Source: a bacterium (lineage in GTDB: Bacteria; UBP6; UBA1177). Taken from it: 64,000 bases of DNA. Both the position numbers and the translations under genes were made by a program. Of the stretch, positions 57,303 to 64,000 are shown one piece after another (the stretch's first letter is position 1; the number at the start of each line of letters is the position of its first letter). The stretch lies in NCBI GenBank assembly GCA_017538365.1, contig JAFYIZ010000028.1:52962-116961 (forward strand). Reading direction: 5' to 3'. Below the pieces are notes generated by a model. That model was not told the origin of the DNA and searched no databases. It was given only the letters and a program-made list of their open reading frames with translations.

Positions 57303-58322
57303 TTAATTTTTGACTCTTCCGAGTTGTCCGCAGGCTGCAAGTTTGTCGCTGCCGCGCGATTTCCTTATGAGTGCGGTTACGTTTTTGGCAATCAGAATAT
57401 TCTGGAAGTCGATGATTTTTTTCATCGGTGTCGGTTCGAAAGCGGCTCCGTCAAAGGTGTTGAAGGGGATGAGATTGACTTTTGCATCGTATCTTTTCGC
57501 GATTTTTGCGAGTTTTTCGGCATCTTCCGGAGTGTCATTGAAATTTTTGAGCATAACATACTCTAGGACGACCATTTTTCGTGAAATCGGATAGGAATCT
57601 ATTGCCTTTAGCAGCGCCGAAAGCGGATATTTTTTATTTATCGGCATGATTTTACTGCGTTTTTCATCGGTAACTGCATGAAGGGAAACGGCGAGGTTGA
57701 CTTTCGTTTTTTCACCGAGTTCTACGATTTTATCGGCAACGCCTGAAGTCGAAACGGTGATTTTTCTATTTGAAAAGTTGAAGCAGAAATCATCCATTAA
57801 AATATCTATTGCGTCAAGCAGGTTTTCAAAGTTTAAAAGCGGCTCTCCCATTCCCATGAAAACGAGATTTGTGATTTTTTTCCCGCTTTTTTCAGCTTCG
57901 ATCTGTGCAGACAAAACCTGACCAGTGATTTCGGAAACTGTGAGATTCCGCTTGAAACCGAGGCTTCCCGTGCGGCAGAAAGCGCAGTGAAGAGGGCACC
58001 CAGCCTGGGTCGAAACACAGAGGGTGCAGCGCGTCTCTTCAGGGATTATGACCGCTTCGACAGCGTTTCCGTCAAATAGCCCGAAAGCTAATTTCTGCGT
58101 GCCGTCGGACGATGTGAAAACTTCTTCCGGTACCATCGGCGTGATTGAGAAAAGTCCGGCAAGTTTAGCGCGGTCGTCCTTGCTGATGTTGCTCATTTCA
58201 TCGAACGAAAAAACTCTTTTCTGATAGATCCACTGGGTTATCTGGGTTGCTTTGAACTTCGGAAAACCGTTTTCTAGAAGAAATCCTTCGAGTTTTTTTC
58301 TTGTTAAATCAAATATTTCCAT
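57303..58322 (-). CDS. rlmN: 23S rRNA (adenine2503-C2)-methyltransferase RlmN
   Basis: 339 aa. CVSTQAGCPLHCAFCRTG, GMGEPLLN, C-terminal ACGQL. Confidence 0.9.
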   Translation of the reverse strand: MEIFDLTRKKLEGFLLENGFPKFKATQITQWIYQKRVFSFDEMSNISKDDRAKLAGLFSITPMVPEEVFTSSDGTQKLAFGLFDGNAVEAVIIPEETRCTLCVSTQAGCPLHCAFCRTGSLGFKRNLTVSEITGQVLSAQIEAEKSGKKITNLVFMGMGEPLLNFENLLDAIDILMDDFCFNFSNRKITVSTSGVADKIVELGEKTKVNLAVSLHAVTDEKRSKIMPINKKYPLSALLKAIDSYPISRKMVVLEYVMLKNFNDTPEDAEKLAKIAKRYDAKVNLIPFNTFDGAAFEPTPMKKIIDFQNILIAKNVTALIRKSRGSDKLAACGQLGRVKN

Positions 58323-58324
58323 TT

Positions 58325-59191
58325 TTACCAGCCGAAAAAGAATGAAAGCATTGAATTTATGATTTCAGTCGGAAGCAGGAACATGACGAGGCCCCCGAAA
58401 GCTAAGAACGGACCGAAATAAATTGCGTGTTCGACATCTTTTTCCTCTTTTGAATTGAGGTCTTCAGCTGAAATGTTGCCGGCGATGCGTTTTTTGCCGA
58501 ATATTAGTTTTGCCGCGAGATAAAAAATTATTCCGCCGAGCGATGCGATAAGCAGGATGAACGGTATCATGACCGGCCCAGTGAACGCGCCGATTGCAGC
58601 TAAAATCCAGACATCGCCCAGACCCATGCCGATTTTTTTAGTAACGAGGTAGAAAATGAGGATTGCGAGCAGAAGAAATCCTGCGCCGACGCCTATTCCG
58701 ATGAGGGATTGCTGCCAGCTGAAAGTCGGTTCGAAGAAGCTCCAAAGAATACCCATGAAGATCGGCGGGATTATCACTTTCGAATAAACGAACTGCGTTC
58801 TGTAGTCGATTGCCGCGGTGACGACAAGTGCCGAAATGAAGTAAAGCGGGAGTATCAGACGCGGATAAAAACCGAATTTAAGGAATGCAAAAAGGTATAA
58901 AAAGGCGTTCAGAAGCTCGATTACAGGATAGATAAGTGAGATTTTTTCACCGCAGCCCGAGCATTTTCCGCGCAGGAAAATCCAGCTGAAGACGGGAATA
59001 TTTTCATACCATGTTATTTTATGGTTGCATTTCGTGCAGGAACTCGGCGGAAAAACGATGCTTTTGCCGAGCGGAATGCGGTAGATGCAGACATTGAGAA
59101 AACTGCCGAAAAGAAGCCCGTAAATAAAGACGAAAACGGCTGAAAAAGTCGCGAAACGCGGTGAATTGAAAAGTACGAAAAACTCTTCCAT
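58325..59191 (-). CDS. Prepilin peptidase (A24 family, PilD-like)
   Basis: ATG at 59191 after RBS ggag. MEEFFVLF..., LLFGSFLNVCIYRIPLG, zinc tetracysteine CTKCNHKI...CSGCGEKI. I rejected the 150-aa N-terminal extension in the track ORF. Confidence 0.7.
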   Translation of the reverse strand: MEEFFVLFNSPRFATFSAVFVFIYGLLFGSFLNVCIYRIPLGKSIVFPPSSCTKCNHKITWYENIPVFSWIFLRGKCSGCGEKISLIYPVIELLNAFLYLFAFLKFGFYPRLILPLYFISALVVTAAIDYRTQFVYSKVIIPPIFMGILWSFFEPTFSWQQSLIGIGVGAGFLLLAILIFYLVTKKIGMGLGDVWILAAIGAFTGPVMIPFILLIASLGGIIFYLAAKLIFGKKRIAGNISAEDLNSKEEKDVEHAIYFGPFLAFGGLVMFLLPTEIINSMLSFFFGW

Positions 59192-59355
59192 TTTGCACTC
59201 CAAAATCAACAAAAAACCAGTAATTTTTGACATAACAGAGGAAAAGTCAATCAAATTCGGCACTGCCGCTCGTGATCCCGGCAAGACTTCGGCGGCGCTC
59301 TTGTTTTTCCAATGCTTTTCTTTAAAATCTCGGCAACTTGTTTCGGGAGGACGAA

Positions 59356-59940
59356 ATGAAAATAGTTTTTGCATCCGGAAACCGCGGGAAACTGCGCGAG
59401 GCCGGAGAGATATTTTCGGGTTTTGAGATCGTGCCGATAAGCGCTTTTCCCACTTGGAATGCACCTGTTGAAAACGGTTCAACTTTTCTGCAGAATGCGG
59501 TGATAAAGGCTGAAGCTGCTGCTGCGGCGGCTGAAGGAGAGATTGTTCTTGCTGACGATTCAGGCCTGGTTGTTCCTGCTTTAAACGGTGCCCCAGGCAT
59601 TTTTTCGGCCCGTTTTTCTGCGGAAGGGACCGATGCGGCAAACAGAAAAAAACTTCTTGCCGAACTTTCCGGAATTAATGACAGAAGTGCATACTTCCTC
59701 TGCACGGCGGTTCTTATTTTTCCGGACAAAACTGTGATTGCGGCAGAGGGAAGATGTTACGGTAAAATAATTGAAACCGAGCGTGGAAACAACGGTTTCG
59801 GCTACGACCCGGTTTTTGTGCCCGACGGCTATGAAAAGACTTTGGCGGAACTTTCGGAAGAAGAGAAAAATTCTATCAGCCACCGCGGAAAAGCCTTTCG
59901 AAAATTGATCGGCGCCGCTGATCTTCACGAGATCTCGTGA
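59356..59940 (+). CDS. rdgB: dITP/XTP pyrophosphatase (RdgB/Ham1)
   Basis: MKIVFASGNRGKLREAGEIF, FGYDPVFVPDGYEKTLAEL, ISHRGKAF. Confidence 0.85.
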   Translation: MKIVFASGNRGKLREAGEIFSGFEIVPISAFPTWNAPVENGSTFLQNAVIKAEAAAAAAEGEIVLADDSGLVVPALNGAPGIFSARFSAEGTDAANRKKLLAELSGINDRSAYFLCTAVLIFPDKTVIAAEGRCYGKIIETERGNNGFGYDPVFVPDGYEKTLAELSEEEKNSISHRGKAFRKLIGAADLHEIS

Positions 59941-60019
59941 TCTCGGAATCCCGTGATACCGAAGCGGCGCAACCCTTGCGGGATCACGTAATCCCGGAAT
60001 CTCGGAATCCCGAAGCGCC
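59926..60019. repeat. Intergenic palindromic repeat block (locus C), overlapping the rdgB stop codon
   Basis: CACGAGATCTCGTG palindrome (59926-59939), then TCTCGGAATCCCGTGAT, GCGGCGCAACCCTTGCGGGATCACG, TAATCCCGGAATCTCGGAATCCCGAAGCGCCGCC. Same cores as loci A, B and D. Confidence 0.7.
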
Positions 60020-60092
60020 GCCCACGATTTTTTTTGACTTTTGAAGGCTCTTCAATATAAAGGCGCGTTATTTTTTTGTTTTATTTCTATTT

Positions 60093-60845
60093 TTGGAGGA
60101 AATTATGGCTTTGAAGCTTAGAGGCGCAAGAAAAGCTAAGAAAAAAGAGCTTGAAACGGCGGCAAATATCGTTGAAAATGACGCTTTTCAGGAGCAGGGG
60201 AAAAAGGTTGTTCTCGAACATCCTTACTTTATTTTCGGTTGTGTTGCAGCGATCGTTGTTGTTGTTATTGTCGCAATGCTTATTTCGACTGCTGTAAAAT
60301 CGGCATCAGATGCAAAATCGCTTGAATATGCCGCAGCGACGGAACTTCTTGACAAGGCTGACGATGACTCGTCGGAAAACGCTAAAGCAACTTACGAGCA
60401 GGCTCTTGCCGCTTTCGACAAAGTTATAAAAAATCAGTCCGGTTCGATGAATGCGGCTGCTTCAATGGTATTTTCAGGTCGTATTTACAAAGAAAGCATG
60501 AACAACTGCGACAAGGCGGTTGATTTCTTCAAACAGGCACGCACTAGCGGAAAACTCAGCACCGATGTCCGCTTTGTAGCTTACGAAGGCGAGGCAATGT
60601 GCTACTTCGATAAAGGCGATTACGAAAAAGCTGTTGATCTCTGGAAGGAATGGCTCAATCAGAAAACCGATATCTATAAGGATTACGCGCTTTACTACAC
60701 CGGCATGACCTATGAAAAACTCGGAAAAGCCGATGAAGCGGCTGTTTATTACAACAGATTGAAAGACGAATATCCGAAGAGCCTTCTTCTTGCAAAAATC
60801 ACGGGCAAAGTTACAACAAAAGAGCCTGAAAAAGCACAGAATTAA
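60093..60845 (+). CDS. Membrane-anchored TPR-repeat protein (YfgM-like)
   Basis: 250 aa. Single transmembrane helix FIFGCVAAIVVVVIVAMLI, followed by TPR-like repeats. Stop overlaps the next start (taATG). Confidence 0.4.
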   Translation: MEEIMALKLRGARKAKKKELETAANIVENDAFQEQGKKVVLEHPYFIFGCVAAIVVVVIVAMLISTAVKSASDAKSLEYAAATELLDKADDDSSENAKATYEQALAAFDKVIKNQSGSMNAAASMVFSGRIYKESMNNCDKAVDFFKQARTSGKLSTDVRFVAYEGEAMCYFDKGDYEKAVDLWKEWLNQKTDIYKDYALYYTGMTYEKLGKADEAAVYYNRLKDEYPKSLLLAKITGKVTTKEPEKAQN

Positions 60846-62059
60846 TGTTTCCTCGCAAATTTTTCCCAATTTTTTTCGTTTTTTTATTTTCTCTTCCGAT
60901 TTCTGCCGAATTTGTCGGATCTGTCGAATTTGACGAAAATGCAGGAAAAGCCCCTGTTTTTGTTAAAAAAGGTGAACCGCATTTAGCTATTGAATGGGCG
61001 ATTCCGCTCAAAAAAAATCAGGTTCAGGTAAACAGGCGCGAAGAAGCCGGAGTGACTCTTTTCGGAGAGGATATTCTTGTCGCGTCACGTTCAGGCAGTC
61101 TTCATCTTTTCGGAAAAAACGGCGAACTCAAAGTGACGGCGGTTTTTGAAGGTGAATGCACGGTGGCGCCTGTCGCAGTTGATGAAACACACGCACTTGT
61201 TTCGGTTTCAAATTCGGTTTTAATGATGGAGCTTGTTACCGGAAAAAAGGGGAAAAAGTACAGCTGGAAAGTACTTTGGAATATCGCGGGAAAGGCGACA
61301 GTCGCGGCGCAGCCTTTTGTCTATGAAAACAAACTTGTCCTCATTCAGTTCCACGACAGTGTGATTTATGTTGTAGACAAGGAGAGCGGTGAACTTAAAA
61401 ATATGTACAGCGACTATGAAAACAGCGAAGAACTATCCGTTATACGCCTTGCGCAGCCGATATTCGTCGACGGAAAGATCGTTTTCGGTTTTTCCGACGG
61501 CACAATAACCTTTTTCATGCTGCGTGATGAAGGCAAAGTCGATCTGATTCCTTACTACAAATTCAAAACGGCGAGCTCGATGAAAAGGTTCGAAAAACGT
61601 GACTTTTTCGATCTTCTTTCTTTTGTCCAGATCGAAGATTCAATTCTTTTTTCGGGCGGGGAGTACGGCGGCGTTATCGTTGACGGAAAGCCTTCTAAAC
61701 TTGAAAACATGGAAGATCTCCAGCTTTTCAAATATGAAAACGGTTTTGCCGGTTTCGGCCGCCGCGGAATTTTTCTTTTCGATGAGAACGGAAAATTCAA
61801 AACGCAGCCGTTCAAGTCGATGAATTATGTTACCAATCTTGTTCAGGGAAACGGTTTTACAGTTGCGATGACATCAGGCGAAGGACCGATGCTGGGCGAT
61901 ACTGATGCCTTTATTTATCTGCTTTCCCCGGATTTTGCGAAGATACATTACTCCATGATGATACCGAACGGAGTTTCAAGTAATGCGGTGTGTGACGGGC
62001 GCGCAGTGTACTTTATTTCGGACATGGGAGTACTTTATAAGTTAAAAGTGTTAAATTAA
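60845..62059 (+). CDS. Secreted beta-propeller-like protein (possible BamB/YfgL-like)
   Basis: Signal peptide FFPIFFVFLFSLPISAEF. Repetitive beta-strand-rich sequence. Position after the YfgM-like gene mirrors E. coli yfgM-bamB. Assignment is weak. Confidence 0.3.
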   Translation: MFPRKFFPIFFVFLFSLPISAEFVGSVEFDENAGKAPVFVKKGEPHLAIEWAIPLKKNQVQVNRREEAGVTLFGEDILVASRSGSLHLFGKNGELKVTAVFEGECTVAPVAVDETHALVSVSNSVLMMELVTGKKGKKYSWKVLWNIAGKATVAAQPFVYENKLVLIQFHDSVIYVVDKESGELKNMYSDYENSEELSVIRLAQPIFVDGKIVFGFSDGTITFFMLRDEGKVDLIPYYKFKTASSMKRFEKRDFFDLLSFVQIEDSILFSGGEYGGVIVDGKPSKLENMEDLQLFKYENGFAGFGRRGIFLFDENGKFKTQPFKSMNYVTNLVQGNGFTVAMTSGEGPMLGDTDAFIYLLSPDFAKIHYSMMIPNGVSSNAVCDGRAVYFISDMGVLYKLKVLN

Positions 62060-62140
62060 TGGAAAATTTTCTTGCAATATTAAAGAAAATGATTAGAAAT
62101 GAGCGGCTTTTTGGAGCAAAGACTTTTTATGGAGGAGTGA

Positions 62141-62416
62141 ATGAATAAGTCGAATTTAATTGCTGTTTTTTCTGAAAAAGCAAACCTTTCAAAGAGAAAT
62201 GCGGAACAGTTCGTAAACATTATGATTGATTCAATGATCAAAGCTCTCAAAAACGGCGAGCGCGTTGAAATCAGAGGTTTCGGCAGTTTCGTAGTTCGCA
62301 CTTACGGTGCTTATGAAGGCAGAAATCCCAAGACCGGCGCAACGATAAACGTCGATCAGAAGAAACTTCCTTTCTTCAAGGCTGGAAAAGATCTTCTTTC
62401 CCGCATCAATGACTGA
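62141..62416 (+). CDS. HU/IHF-family DNA-binding protein
   Basis: 91 aa. RVEIRGFGSFVVRTYGAYEGRNPKTGATINVDQKKLPFFKAGKDL (the HU/IHF arm). Confidence 0.8.
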   Translation: MNKSNLIAVFSEKANLSKRNAEQFVNIMIDSMIKALKNGERVEIRGFGSFVVRTYGAYEGRNPKTGATINVDQKKLPFFKAGKDLLSRIND

Positions 62417-62432
62417 TTAACTTCAGTTTTTT

Positions 62433-62454
62433 GCCGCTTCGTGCGGCTTTTTTT
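62433..62454 (+). terminator. Rho-independent terminator after the HU/IHF gene
   Basis: gccgc-ttcgt-gcggc hairpin (62433-62447), followed by a T7 run. Confidence 0.6.
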
Positions 62455-62470
62455 ATTTTTCGGATAACTC

Positions 62471-64000
62471 ATGTCGTTTAAAGCAGAACTCTATTTTACG
62501 GCTGCTGCCATAAGGCTCGCGCGATATTTCATTTCGCAGAACGACGGAAATGAGATCGTCATGGTCGGCAAGGTGGATGCAGACGGAAAAATCTGCGATC
62601 TACGCCGCGCCGCGATGGGGGACACCGGCTCTGTGCCTGCGGTTATTGCTACTGCCGCGCCTGGGGAAGTGCTTATTCACAACCATCCGAGCGGAAACAT
62701 AAATCCGAGCGCCGCAGATATTGAAGTTGCAGCACGCGCAGCCGAAAAAAGTGTCGGTTCATACATTGTTGACAACGATGTGATAAATGTTTTTCCGGTT
62801 GTCGAAAGGATCGAACCCGAAAACACCGAAATTGAGCCTATTGATCTTGAAGAAGTTGCTGAGATTTTCAGCAGAAACGGAAGACTTGCGCAGTCTGACA
62901 GTACGTTTGAGTTCAGACATCCTCAGACCGAAATGGCTTTGAGTGTTGCCGAAGCGGTAAATTCCTCGTCTGTTCTGGTTTCAGAAGCGGGAACGGGAAC
63001 TGGCAAAAGTTTCGCATACCTTGTTCCTGCGCTGCAATACGTCTCGAAAAACAAAGGTAAGAGAGTCGTCATAAGCACTTCAACGATCGCTCTGCAGGAA
63101 CAGCTTTTCAACAAGGATATTCCGGCGCTTCTCAAAAAACTTGATATTGACGATGTCGGAACGGTCGTTCTGAAAGGGAGAAGCAACTATCTCTGCAAAA
63201 GGAGATATGCTGATTTCAGAATGGGTAGTATCCAGACGAAAATCGACGATGCAGCTTCACAAAAAAGTGTCGAAACTGTCGAAGAGATCGACCAGTGGCT
63301 CAACTATACCGATGACGGATCTCGCTCGAACATGAATTCATCGCTTGCTCTCGATATTTGGAACGAGATTTGCGCTGACGAGCTGGCATGTGAAAAAAGC
63401 AAATGCCGTTTTTTCAGTTCATGTTTCTTTTTCAAGGCTAGAAGACGTGCGAATTTTGCTTCTCTCATCCTTGTCAACCACCATCTTTTAATGGCTGATG
63501 TCTCGATGAAATCAGCAGAAGACGAAGGTGAAGGAATCCTTCCGAAGTTTGATATTTTAGTTATTGACGAGGCTCACAACATTTTTAAAAGTGCGGTCAG
63601 TTTTCTTGGTGAATCGGTTTCGTCAAATTCAGTCAGAAAGCTGCTCGGAAAACTTTACAATACCAATTCGGGGCAGGGGCTTCTGACAAAACTTCTCAGT
63701 AACAACGCGAATTCAACGCTGCTCAAACCTGTTGAAAAGGCGGTGAATATACTTTCCGGCGGTTTTCAGGCGAAACTCGCACACTCGTTTATTCCCGAAC
63801 TGATTTCGATTCTGGGCAAAAACAGCGACGAAAACCTTTACGAACTCGACGACCCTGAAAAGCGGAAAGAAATGACCGATATTCTGGGAAAGATTGTTAC
63901 AGTCGTAACTGATGTGACCGATCTGATTGCGCCGGTCGTAAAACTTTTGAAGGAAAAAGATGAGGCGCACACCGAGCTCAGAACCGTCATGGATGATATG
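62471..64000 (+). CDS. DinG/Rad3-family ATP-dependent helicase with an N-terminal RadC-like JAB/MPN domain; the 3' end runs off the window
   Basis: I translated this manually: no stops to the window end. N-terminus VLIHNHPSGNINPSAADIEVAARAAEKS (RadC JAB HNHPSG motif). SEAGTGTGKSFAYLVPAL (Walker A). FeS Cys cluster CEKSKCRFFSSCFFF. VIDEAHNI (DEAH box). Confidence 0.7.
   Translation, partial: MSFKAELYFTAAAIRLARYFISQNDGNEIVMVGKVDADGKICDLRRAAMGDTGSVPAVIATAAPGEVLIHNHPSGNINPSAADIEVAARAAEKSVGSYIVDNDVINVFPVVERIEPENTEIEPIDLEEVAEIFSRNGRLAQSDSTFEFRHPQTEMALSVAEAVNSSSVLVSEAGTGTGKSFAYLVPALQYVSKNKGKRVVISTSTIALQEQLFNKDIPALLKKLDIDDVGTVVLKGRSNYLCKRRYADFRMGSIQTKIDDAASQKSVETVEEIDQWLNYTDDGSRSNMNSSLALDIWNEICADELACEKSKCRFFSSCFFFKARRRANFASLILVNHHLLMADVSMKSAEDEGEGILPKFDILVIDEAHNIFKSAVSFLGESVSSNSVRKLLGKLYNTNSGQGLLTKLLSNNANSTLLKPVEKAVNILSGGFQAKLAHSFIPELISILGKNSDENLYELDDPEKRKEMTDILGKIVTVVTDVTDLIAPVVKLLKEKDEAHTELRTVMDDM

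Noticed and set aside
58325-59641. 438-aa version of the prepilin peptidase ORF with a 150-aa Gln/Pro-rich N-terminal extension
   Set aside because: An internal ATG at 59191 has an RBS and begins the conserved PilD N-terminus. The extension overlaps the divergent rdgB promoter and start region.
1-64000. Search for a CRISPR array, rRNA, integrase/transposase or prophage genes
   Set aside because: I found no regularly spaced direct repeats with spacers, no rRNA-like segments, and no recombinase or phage structural motifs. The only dispersed repeats are the short GATC-core palindromes reported above.

Overview
This is a Gram-negative-type chromosomal segment of roughly 47-48% GC. The many 'MKK...SCGG' lipobox lipoproteins, an HprK-containing regulatory PTS and LapA/LapB suggest a Fibrobacterota-like lineage, but that is inference only. 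The window is dominated by housekeeping genes. These include ptsI (5' part), ptsH, EIIA-Man and hprK; pheS; lexA; lapA-lapB; era; ansA; coaX; pyrD; hydF; aroQ; the ffh-rpsP-KH-rimM operon; mlaE; lpdA; a radical-SAM/DUF4130 DNA-repair pair; leuC and leuD; an M29 aminopeptidase; queC; lipA; rlmN; a prepilin peptidase; rdgB; a yfgM/bamB-like pair; and an HU/IHF protein. Interspersed are many secreted or lipoprotein genes of unknown function that are Cys-rich or carry acidic or Pro/Glu repeats. Two tRNAs (Glu-CUC and Gln-CUG) lie on the minus strand at 9844-10006. I found no integrase, transposase, CRISPR array or rRNA.

The most unusual items are:
- a 1364-aa protein (4459-8553) with a novel ~820-aa N-terminal region fused to a PPDK-like ATP-grasp plus phosphohistidine swivel domain, lacking the PEP/pyruvate TIM barrel, transcribed divergently from the permease-less PTS/HprK cluster;
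- a family of GATC-core palindromic intergenic repeats at four loci;
- a T16 homopolymer upstream of a three-gene surface-protein cluster;
- a perfect 7-4-7 palindrome in the lexA promoter;
- an MshEN-HD-GYP-REC-like protein;
- a RadC-JAB domain fused to a DinG helicase at the right edge of the window.
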